Origin: Mobula hypostoma
Taxonomy: Eukaryota
Assembly: GCF_963921235.1 (NCBI RefSeq)
Contig: NC_086097.1
Coordinates: 51,772,001-51,836,000, forward strand
Direction of reading: 5' to 3'
DNA length: 64,000 nt
In this document: one piece after another, positions 1-15,000 of the stretch
Numbering within the stretch: the stretch's first letter is position 1
Layout of the letters: each line of letters opens with the position of its first letter
Made by a program: the position numbers and the translations under genes
The notes under the pieces: generated by a model
Seen by the model: the letters and a program-made list of their open reading frames with translations, nothing else
Database searches by the model: none
What the model was told of the DNA's origin: nothing

Positions 1-3000
1 TGATCTATCTCACTCCTGTACGCCTCGTCACCATCTGAACTGATCTATCTCACTCCTGTACGCCTCGTCACCATCTGAACTGATCTATCTCACTCCTGTA
101 CGCCTCGTCACCATCTGAACTGATCTATCTCACTCCTGTACGCCTCGTCACCATCTGAACTGATCTGTCTCACTCCTGTACGCCTCGTCACCATCTGAAC
201 AGATCTATCTCACTCCTGTACGCCTCGTCAGCATCTGAACTGATCTATCTCACTCCTGTACGCCTCGTCACCATCTGAACTGATCTATCTCACTCCTGTA
301 CGCCTCGTCACCATCTGAACTGATCTATCTCACTCCTGTACGCCTCGTCACCATCTGAACTGATCTATCTCACTCCTGTACGCCTCGTCACCATCTGAAC
401 TGATCTATCTCACTCCTGTACGCCTCGTCACCATCTGAACTGATCTGTCTCACTCCTGTACGCCTCGTCACCATCTGAACTGATCTTCTCACTCCTGTAC
501 GCCTCGTCACCATCTGAACTGATCTATCTCACTCCTGTACGCCTCGTCACCATCTGAACTGATCTATCTCACTCCTGTACGCCTCGTCACCATCTGAACT
601 GATCTGTCTCACTCCTGTACGCCTCGTCACCATCTGAACTGATCTATCTCACTCCTGTACGCCTCGTCACCATCTGAACTGATCTATCTCACTCCTGTAC
701 GCCTCGTCACCATCTGAACTGATCTATCTCACTCCTGTACGCCTCGTCACCATCTGAACTGATCTATCTCACTCCTGTACGCCTCGTCACCATCTGAACT
801 GATCTGTCTCACTCCTGTACGCCTCGTCACCATCTGAACTGATCTGTCTCACTCCTGTACGCCTCGTCACCATCTGAACTGATCTATCTCACTCCTGTAG
901 GCCTCGTCACCATCTGAACTGATCTGTCTCACTCCTGTACGCCTCGTCACCATCTGAACTGATCTGTCTCACTCCTGTACGCCTCGTCACCATCTGAACT
1001 GATCTATCTCACTCCTGTACGCCTCGTCACCATCTGAACTGATCTGTCTCACTCCTGTACGCCTCGTCACCATCTGAACTGATCTATCTCACTCCTGTAC
1101 GCCTCGTCACCATCTGAACTGATCTATCTCACTCCTGTACGCCTCGTCACCATCTGAATGATCTGTCTCACTCCTGTACGCCTCGTCACCATCTGAACTG
1201 ATCTATCTCACTCCTGTACGCCTCGTCACCATCTGAACTGATCTATCTCACTCCTGTACGCCTCGTCACCATCTGAACTGATCTGTCTCACTCCTGTACG
1301 CCTCGTCACCATCTGAACTGATCTATCTCACTCCTGTACGCCTCGTCACCATCTGAACTGATCTGTCTCACTCCTGTATGCCTCGTCACCATCTGAACTG
1401 ATCTGTCTCACTCCTGTACGCCTCGTCACCATCTGAACCGATCTGTCTCACTCCTGTACGCCTTGTCACCATCTGAACCGATCTACCTCACTCCTGTACG
1501 CCTCGTAACCATCTGAACTGATCTATCTCACTCCTGTACGCCTCGTCACCATCTGAACTGATCTATGTCACTCCTGTACGCCTCGTCACCATCTGAACTG
1601 ATCTGTCTCACTCCTGTACGCCTCGTCACCATCTGAACTGATCTATCTCACTCCTGTACGCCTCGTCACCATCTGAACTGATCTATCTCACTTCTGTACG
1701 CCTCGTCACCATCTGAACTGATCTATCTCACTCCTGTACGCCTCGTCACCATCTGAACTGATCTATCTCACTCCTGTACGCCTCGTCACCATCTGAACTG
1801 ATCTATCTCACTCCTGTACGCCTCGTCACCATCTGAACTGATCTATCTCACTCCTGTACGCCTCGTCACCATCTGAACTGATCTATCTCACTCCTGTACG
1901 CCTCGTCACCATCTGAACTGATCTATCTCACTCCTGTACGCCTCGTCACCATCTGAACTGATCTGTCTCACTCCTGTACGTCTCGTCACCATCTGAAACC
2001 GATCTATCTCACTCCTGTACGCCTTGTCACCATCTGAACCGATCTATCTCACTCCTGTACGCCTCGTCACCATCTGAACTGATCTGTCTCACTCCTGTAC
2101 GCCTCGTCACCATCTGAACTGATCTGTCTCACTCCTGTACGCCTCGTCACCATCTGAACTGATCTATCTCACTCCTGTACGCCTCGTCACCATCTGAACT
2201 GATCTATCTCACTCCTGTACGCCTCGTCACCATCTGAACTGATCTGTCTCACTCCTGTACGCCTCGTCACCATCTGAACCGATCTATCTCACTCCTGTAC
2301 GCCTCGTCACCATCTGAACTGATCTATCTCACTCCTGTAACTCGTCACCATCTGAACTGATCTATCTCACTCCTGTACGCCTCGTCACCATCTGAACTGA
2401 TCTATCTCACTCCTGTACGCCTCGTCACCATCTGAACTGATCTCTCACTCCTGTACGCCTCGTCACCATCTGAACTGATCTATCTCACTCCTGTACGCCT
2501 CGTCACCATCTGAACTGATCTATCTCACTCCTGTACGCCTCGTCACCATCTGAACTGATCTGTCTCACTCCTGTACGCCTCGTCACCATCTGAACTGATC
2601 TATCTCACTCCTGTACGCCTCGTCACCATCTGAACTGATCTGTCTCACTCCTGTACGCCTCGTCACCATCTGAACTGATCTACCTCACTCCTGTACGCCT
2701 CGTCACCATCTGAACTGATCTATCTCACTCCTGTACGCCTCGTCACCATCTGAACTGATCTGTCTCACTCCTGTACGCCTCGTCACCATCTGAACTGATC
2801 TATCTCACTCCTGTACGCCTCGTCACCATCTGAACTGATCTGTCTCACTCCTGTACGCCTCGTCACCATCTGAACTGATCTGTCTCACTCCTGTACGCCT
2901 CGTCACCATCTGAACTGATCTATCTCACTCCTGTACGCCTCGTCACCATCTGAACTGATCTGTCTCACTCCTGTACGCCTCGTCACCATCTGAACTGATC

Positions 3001-6000
3001 TATCTCACTCCTGTACGCCTCGTCACCATCTGAACTGATCTGTTTCACTCCTGTACATCTCGTCACCATCTGAACTGATCTATCTCACTCCTGTACGCCT
3101 CGTCACCATCTGAACTGATCTGTACATCTCGTCACCATCTGAACTGATCTGTCTCACTCCTGTACGCCTCGTCACCATCAGAACACATCTATCTCACTCC
3201 TGTACGCCTCGTCACCATCTGAACTGATCTCCCTCACTCCTGTACACCTCGTCACCATCTGAACTGATCTGTCTCACTCCTGTACGCCTCGTCACCATCT
3301 GAACTGATCTATCTCACTCCTGTACGCCTCGTCACCATCTGAACTGATCTGTCTCACTCCTGTACGCCTCGTCACCATCTGAACTGATCTATCTCACTCC
3401 TGTACGCCTCGTCATAATCTGAACTGATCTATCTCACTCCTGTACGCCTTGTCACCATCTGAACTGATCGATCTCACTCCTGTACGCCTCGTCACCATCT
3501 GAACAGATCTATCTCACTCCTGTACGCCTCATCACCATCTGAACTGATCTATCTCACTCCTGTATGCCTCGTCACCATCTGAACTGATCTATCTCACTCC
3601 TGTACGCCTCGTCACCATCTGAACTGATCTATCTCACTCCTGTACGCCTCGTCACCATCTGAACCGATCTATCTCACTCCTGTACGCCTCGTCACCATCT
3701 GAACTGATCTATCTCACTCCTGTACGCCTCGTCACCATCTGAACTGATCTGTCTCACTCCTGTACGCCTCGTCACCATCTGAACTGATCTATCTCACTCC
3801 TGTACGCCTTGTCACCACCTGAACTGATCAATCTCACTCCTGTACGCCTCGTCACCATCTGAACTGATCTATCTCACTCCTGTACGCCTCGTCACCATCT
3901 GAACTGATCTATCTCACTCCTGTACGCCTCGTCACCATCTGAACTGATCTATCTCACTCCTGTACGCCTCGTTACCATCTGATCTATCTCCCTCCTGTAT
4001 GCCTTGTCACCATCTGAACTGATCTACCTCACTCCTGCACACCTCGTCACCATCTGAACTGATCTATCTCACTCCTGCACACCTCATCACCATCTGAACT
4101 GATCTGTCTCACTCCTGTACGCCTCGTCACCATCTGAACCGATCTGTCTCACTCCTGTACGCCTCGTCACCATCTGAACTGATCTATCTCACTCCTGTAC
4201 GCCTCGTCACCATCTGAACTGATCTATCTCACTCCTGTACGCCTCGTCACCATCTGAACTGATCTGTCTCACTCCTGTACGCCTCGTCACCATCTGAACT
4301 GATCTATCTCACTCCTGTACGCCTCGTCACCATCTGAACTGATCTATCTCACTCCTGTACGCCTCGTCACCATCTGAACTGATCTATCTCACTCCTGTAC
4401 GCCTCGTCACCATCTGAACTGATCTGTCTCACTCCTGTACGCCTCGTCACCATCTGAACTGATCTGTCTCACTCCTGTATGCCTCGTCACCATCTGAACT
4501 GATCTATCTCACTCCTGTACGCCTCGTCACCATCTGAACTGATCTGTCTCACTCCTGTACGCCTCGTCACCATCTGAACTGATCTGTCTCACTCCTGTAC
4601 GCCTCGTCACCATCTGAACTGATCTATCTCACTCCTGTACGCCTCGTCACCATCTGAACTGATCTGTTTCAGTCCTGTACGCCTCGTCACCATCTGAACT
4701 GATCTATCGCACTCCTTTACACCTCGTCGCCATCTGAAACTCTCACTCCTGTACGCCACGTCACCATCTGAATTGATCTGTCTCACTCCTGTACGCCTCG
4801 TCACCATCTGAACTGATCTATCTCACTCCTGTACGCCTCGTCACCATCTGAACTGTTCAACCTCACTCCTGTACGCCTCGTCACCATCTGAACTGATCTG
4901 TCTCACTCCTGTACGCCTCGTCATCATCTGAACTGATCTATCTCACTCCTGTACGCATTGTCACCATCTGAACCGATCTGTCTCACTCCTGTACGCCTCG
5001 TCACCATCTGAACCGATCTGTCTCACTCCTGTACGCCTTGTCACCATCTGAACCGATCTGTCTCATTCCTGTACTACTCGTCACCATCTGAACTGATCTA
5101 CCTCGCTCCTGTACGCCTCGTCACCATCTGAACTGATCTATCTCACTCCTGTACGCCTCGTCACCATCTGAACTGATCTATCTCACTCCTGTACGCCTCA
5201 TCACCATCTGAACTGATCTGTCTCACTCCTGTACGCCTCGTCACCATTTGAACTGATCTATCTCACTCCTGTACGCCTCGTCACCATCTGAACGGATCGA
5301 TCTCACTGCTGTACGCATCGTCACCATCTGAACTGATCTATCTCACTCCTGTACGCCTCGTCACCATCTGAACTGATCTATCTCACTCCTGTACACCTTG
5401 TCACCATCTGAACTGATCTATCTCACTCCTGTACGCCTCCTCACCATCTGAATTTATCTGTCTCACTCCTGTACGCCTCGTCACCATCTGAACTGATCTA
5501 CCTCACTCCTGTACGCCTCGTCATCATCTGAACCGATCGATCTCACTCCTGTACGCCTTGTCACCATCTGAACCGACCTGTCTCACTCCTGTACGCCTCG
5601 TCACCATCTGAACCGATCTGTCTTACTCCTGTACGACTCGTCACCATCTGAACTGATCTATCTCACTCCTGTATGCCTCGTCACCAACTGAACTGATCTA
5701 TCTCACTCCTGTACGACTCGTCACCATCTGAACTGATCTCCCTCACTCCTGTACGCCTCGTCACCATCTGAACCGATCTGTCTCACTCCTGTATGCCTCG
5801 TCACCATCTGAACTGATCTATCTCACTCCTGTACGACTCGTCACCATCTGAACCGATCTATCTCACTCTTGTACGACGCGTCACCATCTGAACTGATCTT
5901 CTCACTCCTGTACGCCTTGTCACCATCTGAAACTCTAACTCCTGTACGCCTCCTCACCATCTGAACTGATCTATCTCACTCCTGTACGCCTCCTCACCAT

Positions 6001-9000
6001 CTGAACTGATCTATCTCACTGCTGTACGCCTTGTCACCATCTGAAAGTCTAACTCCTGTACGCCTCCTCACCATCTGAACTGATCTATCTCACTCCTGTA
6101 CGCCTCGTCACCATCTGAACTAATCTGTCTCACTCCTGTACGCCTCGTCACCATCTGAACTGATCTGTCTCACTCCTGTACGCCTCGTCACCATCTGAAC
6201 TGATCTATCTCACTCCTGTACGCCTTGTCACCATCTGAACTAATCTGTCTCACTCCTGTACGCCTCGTCACCATCTGAACTGATCTATCTCACTCCTGTA
6301 CGCCTCGTCACCATCTGAACTGATCTGTCTCACTCCTGTACGCCTCGTCACCATCTGAACCGATCTGTCTCACTCCTGTACGCCTCGTCACCATCTGAAC
6401 TGATCTATCTCACTCCTGTACGACTCGTCACCATCTGAAGCGATCTATCTCACTCATGTACGACGCGTCACCATCTGAACTGATCTTCTCACTCCTGTAC
6501 GCCATGTCACCATCTGAAACTCTCACTCCTGTACGCCTCGTCACCATCTGAACTGATCTATCTCACTCCTGTACGCCTCGTCACCATCTGAACTGATCTA
6601 TCTCACTCCTGTACGCCTTGTCACCATCTGAAAGTCTAACTCCTGTACGCCTCCTCACCATCTGAACTGATCTATCTCACTCCTGTACGCCTCGTCACCA
6701 TCTGAACTGATCTGTCTCACTCCTGTACGACTCGTCACCATCTGAACTGATCTGTCTCACTCCTGTACGCCTCGTCACCATCTGAACTGATCTATCTCAC
6801 TCCTGTACGCCTCGTCACCATCTGAACTGATCTGTCTCACTCCTGTACGCCTCGTCACCATCTGAACTGATCTATCTCACTCCTGTACGCCTCGTCACCA
6901 TCTGAACTGATCTATCTCACTCCTGTACGCCTCGTCACCATCTGAACTGATCTATCTCACTCCTGTACGCCTCGTCACCATCTGAACTGATCTGTCTCAC
7001 TCCTGTACGCCTCGTCACCATCTGAACTGATCTATCTCACTCCTGTACGCCTCGTCACCATCTGAACTGATCTATCTCACTCCTGTACGCCTCGTCACCA
7101 TCTGAACTGATCTATCTCACTCCTGTACGCCTCGTCACCATCTGAACTGATCTATCTCACTCCTGTACGCCTCGTCACCATCTGAACTGATCTATCTCAC
7201 TCCTGTACGCCTCGTCACCATCTGAATTTATCTGTCTCACTCCTGTACGCCTCGTCACCATCTGAACTGATCTACCTCACTCCTGTACGCCTCGTCACCA
7301 TCTGAACCGATCTATCTCACTCCTGTACGCCTTGTCACCATCTGAACCGATCTGTCTCACTCCTGTACGCCTCGTCACCATCTGAACCGATCTGTCTCAC
7401 TCCTGTACGCCTCGTCACCATCTGAACTGATCTATCTCACTCCTGTACGCCTCGTCACCATCTGAACTGATCTATCTCACTCCTGTACGCCTCGTCACCA
7501 TCTGAACTGATCTCCCTCACTCCTGTACGCCTCGTCACCATCTGAACCGATCTGTCTCACTCCTGTACGCCTCGTCACCATCTGAACTGATCTATCTCAC
7601 TCCTGTACGCCTCGTCACCATCTGAACTGATCTATCTCACTCCTGTACGCCTCGTCACCATCTGAACTGATCTATCTCACTCCTGTACGCCTCGTCACCA
7701 TCTGAACTGATCTATCTCACTCCTGTACGCCTCGTCACCATCTGAACTGATCTATCTCACTCCTGTACGCCTCGTCACCATCTGAACTGATCTGTCTCAC
7801 TCCTGTACGCCTCGTCACCATCTGAACTGATCTATCTCACTCCTGTACGCCTCGTCACCATCTGAACTGATCTATCTCACTCCTGTACGCCTCGTCACCA
7901 TCTGAACTGATCTACCTCACTCCTGTACGCATTGTCACCATCTGAACCGATCTGTCTCACTCCTGTACGCCTCGTCACCATCTGAACCGATCTGTCTCAC
8001 TCCTGTAAGCCTTGTCACCATCTGAACCGATCTGTCTCACTCCTGTACGCCTCGTCACCATCTGAACTGATCTATCTCACTCCTGTACGCCTCGTCACCA
8101 TCTGAACTGATCTATCTCACTCCTGTACGCCTCGTCACCATCTGAACTGATCTATCTCACTCCTGTACGCCTCGTCACCATCTGAACTGATCTATCTCAC
8201 TCCTGTACGCCTCGTCACCATCTGAACTGATCTATCTCACTCCTGTCCGCCTCGTCACCATCTGAACTGATCTGTCTCACTCCTGTACGTCTCGTCACCA
8301 TCTGAACCGATCTATCTCACTCCTGTACGCCTCGTCACCATCTGAACTGATCTATCTCACTCCTGTACGCCTCGTCACCATCTGAACTGATCTATCTCAC
8401 TCCTGTACGCCTCGTCACCATCTGAACTGATCTGTCTCACTCCTGTACGCCTCGTCACCATCTGAACTGATCTATCTCACTCCTGTACGCCTCGTCACCA
8501 TCTGAACTGATCTACCTCACTCCTGTATGCCTCGTCACCATTTGAACTGATCTGTCTCACTCCTGTACGCCTCGTCACCATCTGAACCGATCTGTCTCAC
8601 TCCTGTACGCCTTGTCACCATCTGAACTGATCTATCTCACTCCTGTACGCCTCGTCACCATCTGAACTGATCTATCTCACTCCTGTACGCCTCATCACCA
8701 TCTGAACTGATCTGTCTCACTCCTGTACGCCTCGTCACCATCTGAACCGATCTGTCTCACTCCTGTACGCCTCGTCACCATCTGAACTGATCTATCTCAC
8801 TCCTGTACGCCTCGTCACCATCTGAACTGATCTATCTCACTCCTGTACGCCTCGTCACCATCTGAACTGATCTATCTCACTCCTGTACGCCTCGTCACCA
8901 TCTGAACTGATCTGTCTCACTCCTGTACGTCTCGTCACCATCTGAACCGATCTATCTCACTCCTGTACGCCTCGTCACCATCTGAACTGATCTATCTCAC

Positions 9001-12000
9001 TCCTGTACGCCTCGTCACCATCTGAACTGATCTATCTCACTCCTGTACGCCTCGTCACCATCTGAACTGATCTATCTCACTCCTGTACGCCTCGTCACCA
9101 TCTGAACTGATCTGTCTCACTCCTGTACGCCTCGTCACCATCTGAACTGATCTATCTCACTCCTGTACGCCTCGTCACCATCTGAACTGATCTATCTCAC
9201 TCCTGTACGCCTCGTCACCATCTGAACTGATCTGTCTCACTCCTGTACGCCTCGTCACCATCTGAACTGATCTATCTCACTCCTGTACGCCTCGTCACCA
9301 TCTGAACTGATCTGTCTCACTCCTGTACGCCTCGTCACCATCTGAACTGATCTATCTCACTCCTGTACGCCTCGTCACCATCTGAACTGATCTATCTCAC
9401 TCCTGTACGACTCGTCACCATCTGAAGCGATCTATCTCACTCATGTACGACGCGTCACCATCTGAACTGATCTATCTCACTCCTGTATGCCTCCTCACCA
9501 TCTGAACTGATCTATCTCACTCCTGTATGCCTCCTCACCATCTGAACTGATCTATCTCACTCCTGTACGCCTCGTCACCATCTGAACTGATCTATCTCAC
9601 TCCTGTACGCCTTGTCACCATCTGAAAGTCTAACTCCTGTACGCCTCCTCACCATCTGAACTGATCTATCTCACTCCTGTACGCCTCGTCACCATCTGAA
9701 CTGATCTGTCTCACTCCTGTACGCCTCGTCACCATCTGAACTGATCTATCTCACTCCTGTACGCCTCGTCACCATCTGAACTGATCTATCTCACTCCTGT
9801 ACGCCTCGTCACCATCTGAACTGATCTGTCTCACTCCTGTACGCCTCGTCACCATCTGAACTGATCTATCTCACTCCTGTACGCCTCGTCACCATCTGAA
9901 CTGATCTATCTCACTCCTGTACGCCTCGTCACCATCTGAACTGATCTATCTCACTCCTGTACGCCTCGTCACCATCTGAACTGATCTGTCTCACTCCTGT
10001 ACGCCTCGTCACCATCTGAACTGATCTATCTCACTCCTGTACGCCTCGTCACCATCTGAACGGATCGATCTCACTCCTGTACGCATCGTCACCATCTGAA
10101 CTGATCTATCTCACTCCTGTACGCCTCGTCACCATCTGAACTGATCTATCTCACTCCTGTACGCCTCGTCACCATCTGAACTGATCTATCTCACTCCTGT
10201 ACGCCTCGTCACCATCTGAATTTATCTGTCTCACTCCTGTACGCCTCGTCACCATCTGAACTGATCTACCTCACTCCTGTACGCCTCGTCATCATCTGAA
10301 CCGATCGATCTCACTCCTGTACGCCTTTTCACCATCTAAACCGACCTGTCTCACTCCTGTACGCCTCGTCACTATCTGAACCGATCTGTCTCACTCCTGT
10401 ACGACTCGTCACCATCTGAACTGATCTATCTCACTCCTGTACGCCTCGTCACCATCTGAACTGATCTATCTCACTCCTGTACGCCTCGTCACCATCTGAA
10501 CTGATCTGTCTCACTCCTGTACGCCTCGTCACCATCTGAACTGATCTGTCTCACTCCTGTACGCCTCGTCACCATCTGAACAGATCTATCTCACTCCTGT
10601 ACGCCTCGTCACCATCTGAACTGATCTATCTCACTCCTGTACGCCTCGTCACCATCTGAACTGATCTATCTCACTCCTGTACGCCTCGTCACCATCTGAA
10701 CTGATCTATCTCACTCCTGTACGCCTCGTCACCATCTGAACTGATCTATCTCACTCCTGTACGCCTCGTCACCATCTGAACTGATCTGTCTCACTCCTGT
10801 ACATCTCGTCACCATCAGAACTGATCTATCTCACTCCTGTACGCCTCGTCACCATCTGAACTGATCTGTCTCACTCCTGTACGCCTCGTCACCATCTGAA
10901 CTGATCTATCTCACTCCTGTACGCCTCGTCACCATCTGAACTGATCTATCTCACTCCTGTACGCCTCGTCACCATCTGAACTGATCTATCTCACTCCTGT
11001 ACGCCTCGTCACCATCTGAACTGATCTATCTCACTCCTGTACGCCTCGTCACCATCTGAACTGATCTATCTCACTCCTGTACGCCTCGTCACCATCTGAA
11101 CCGATCGATCTCACTCCTGTACGCCTCGTCACCATCTGAACCGATCTGTCTCACTCCTGTACGCCTCGTCACCATCTGAACTGATCTGTCTCACTCCTGT
11201 ACGCCTCGTCACCATCTGAACTGATCTGTCTCACTCCTGTACGCCTCGTCACCATCTGAACTGATCTGTCTCACTCCTGTACGCCTCGTCACCATCAGAA
11301 CACATCTATCTCACTTCTGTACGCTTCGTCACCATCTGAACTGATCTCCCTCACTCCTGTACACCTCGTCACCATCTGAACTGATCTGTCTCACTCCTGT
11401 ACGCCTCGTCACCATCTGAACTGATCTATCTCGCTCCTGTACGCCTCGTCACCATCTGAACTGATCTGTCTCACTCCTGTACGACTCGTCACCATCTGAA
11501 CTGATCTATCTCACTCCTGTACGCCTCGTCATAATCTGAACTGATCTATCTCACTCCTGTACGCCTTGTCACCATCTGAACTGATCGATCTCACTCCTGT
11601 ACGCCTCGTCACCATCTGAACAGATCTATCTCACTCCTGTACGCCTCGTCACCATCTGAACTGATCTATCTCACTCCTGTACGCCTCGTCACCATCTGAA
11701 CTGATCTATCTCACTCCTGTACGCCTCGTCACCATCTGAACTGATCTATCTCACTCCTGTACGCCTCATCACCATCTGAACTGATCTATCTCACTCCTGT
11801 ATGCCTCGTCACCATCTGAACTGATCTATCTCACTCCTGTACGCCTCGTCACCATCTGAACTGATCTGTCTCACTCCTGTACGCCTCGTCACCATCTGAA
11901 CTGATCTATCTCACTCCTGTACGCCTCGTCACCATCTGAACTGATCAATCTCACTCCTGTACGCCTCGTCACCATCTGAACTGATCTATCTCACTCCTGT

Positions 12001-15000
12001 CCGCCTCGTCACCATCTGAACTGATCTATCTCACTCCTGTACGCCTCGTCACCATCTGAACTGATCTATCTCACTCCTGTACGCCTCGTTACCATCTGAT
12101 CTATCTCCCTCCTGTATGCCTTGTCACCATCTGAACTGATCTAGCTCACTCCTGCACACCTCGTCACCATCTGAACTGATCTATCTCACTCCTGCACACC
12201 TCATCACCATCTGAACTGATCTGTCTCACTCCTGTACGCCTCGTCACCATCTGAACCGATCTGTCTCACTCCTGTACGCCTCGTCACCATCTGAACTGAT
12301 CTATCTCACTCCTGTACGCCTCGTCACCATCTGAACTGATCTATCTCACTCCTGTACGCCTCGTCACCATCTGAACCGATCTGTCTCTCTCCTGTACGCC
12401 TCGTCACCATCTGAACTGATCTATCTCACTCCTGTACGCCTCGTCACCATCTGAACTGATCTATCTCACTCCTGTACGCCTCGTCACCATCTGAACTGAT
12501 CTATCTCACTCCTGTACGCCTCGTCACCATCTGAACTGATCTGTCTCACTCCTGTACGCCTCGTCACCATCTGAACTGATCTGTCTCACTCCTGTACGCC
12601 TCGTCACCATCTGAACTGATCTATCTCACTCCTGTACGCCTCGTCACCATCTGAACTGATCTGTCTCACTCCTGTACGCCTCGTCACCATCTGAACTGAT
12701 CTGTCTCACTCCTGTACGCCTCGTCACCATCTGAACTGATCTATCTCACTCCTGTACGCCTCGTCACCATCTGAACTGATCTGTCTCACTCCTGTACGCC
12801 TCGTCACCATCTGAACTGATCTATCGCACTCCTTTACACCTCGTCGCCATCTGAAACTCTCACTCCTGTACGCCACGTCACCATCTGAATTGATCTGTCT
12901 CACTCCTGTACGCCTCGTCACCATCTGAACTGATCTATCTCACTCCTGTACGCCTCGTCACCATCTGAACTGTTCAACCTCACTCCTGTACGCCTCGTCA
13001 CCATCTGAACTGATCTGTCTCACTCCTGTACGCCTCGTCACCATCTGAACTGATCTATCTCACTCCTGTACGCCTCGTCACCATCTGAACCGATCTGTCT
13101 CACTCCTGTACGCCTCGTCACCATCTGAACCGATCTGTCTCACTCCTGTACGCCTCGTCACCATCTGAACCGATCTGTCTCATTCCTGTACTACTCGTCA
13201 CCATCTGAACTGATCTACCTCGCTCCTGTACGCCTCGTCACCATCTGAACTGATCTATCTCACTCCTGTACGCCTCGTCACCATCTGAACTGATCTATCT
13301 CACTCCTGTACGCCTCGTCACCATCTGAACTGATCTGTCTCACTCCTGTACGCCTCGTCACCATCTGAACTGATCTATCTCACTCCTGTACGCCTCGTCA
13401 CCATCTGAACTGATCTATCTCACTCCTGTACGCCTCGTCACCATCTGAACTGATCTATCTCACTCCTGTACGCCTCGTCACCATCTGAACCGATCTATCT
13501 CACTCCTGTACGCCTCGTCAGCATCTGAACTGATCTATCTCACTCCTGTACGCCTCGTCACCATCTGAACTGATCTGTCTCACTCCTGTATGCCTCGTCA
13601 CCATCTGAACTGATCTACCTCACTCCTGTACGCCTCGTCACCATCTGAACTGATCTATCTCACTCCTGTACGCCTCGTCACCATCTGAACTGATCTGTCT
13701 CACTCCTGTACGCCTCGTCACCATCTGAACTGATCTGTCTCACTCCTGTACGCCTCGTCACCATCTGAACTGATCTATCTCACTCCTGTACGCCTCGTCA
13801 CCATCTGAACTGATCTATCTCACTCCTGTACGCCTCGTCACCATCTGAACTGATCTATCTCACTCCTGTACGCCTCGTCACCATCTGAACTGATCTGTCT
13901 CACTCCTGTACGCCTCGTCACCATCTGAACTGATCTATCTCACTCCTGTACGCCTCGTCACCATCTGAACTGATCTATCTCACTCCTGTACGACTCGTCA
14001 CCATCTGAACTGATCTTCTCACTCCTGTACGCCTGTCACCATCTGTCTACTCCTGTACGCCTCGTCACCATCTGAACTGATCTATCTCACTCCTGTACGC
14101 CTCGTCACCATCTGAACTGATCTATCTCACTCCTGTACGCCTCGTCACCATCTGAACTGATCTATCTCACTCCTGTACGCCTCGTCACCATCTGAACTGA
14201 TCTATCTCACTCCTGTACGCCTCGTCACCATCTGAACTGATCTATCTCACTCCTGTACGCCTCGTCACCATCTGAACTGATCTGTCTCACTCCTGTACGC
14301 CTCGTCACCATCTGAACTGATCTATCTCTCTCCTGTACGCCTCGTCACCATCTGAACTGATCTGTCTCACTCCTGTACGCCTCGTCACCATCTGAACTGA
14401 TCTGTCTCACTCCTGTACGCCTCGTCACCATCTGAACTGATCTATCTCACTCCTGTACGCCTCGTCACCATCTGAACTGATCTATCTCACTCCTGTACGC
14501 CTCGTCACCATCTGAACTGATCTATCTCACTCCTGTACGCCTCGTCACAATCTGAAACTCTCACTCCTGTACGCCTCGTCACCATCTGAACTGATCTATC
14601 TCACTCCTGTACGCCTCGTCACCATCTGAACTGATCTATCTCACTCCTGTACGCCTTGTCACCATCTGAAAGTCTACTCCTGTATGCCTCCACCATCTGA
14701 ACTGATCTATCTCACTCCTGTACGCCTCGTCACCATCTGAACTGATCTGTCTCACTCCTGTACGCCTCGTCACCATCTGAACTGATCTATCTCACTCCTG
14801 TACGCCTCGTCACCATCTGAACTGATCTATCTCACTCCTGTACGCCTCGTCACCATCTGAACTGATCTATCTCACTCCTGTACGCCTCGTCACCATCTGA
14901 ACTGATCTATCTCACTCCTGTACGCCTCGTCACCATCTGAACTGATCTATCTCACTCCTGTACGCCTCGTCACCATCTGAACTGATCTATCTCACTCCTG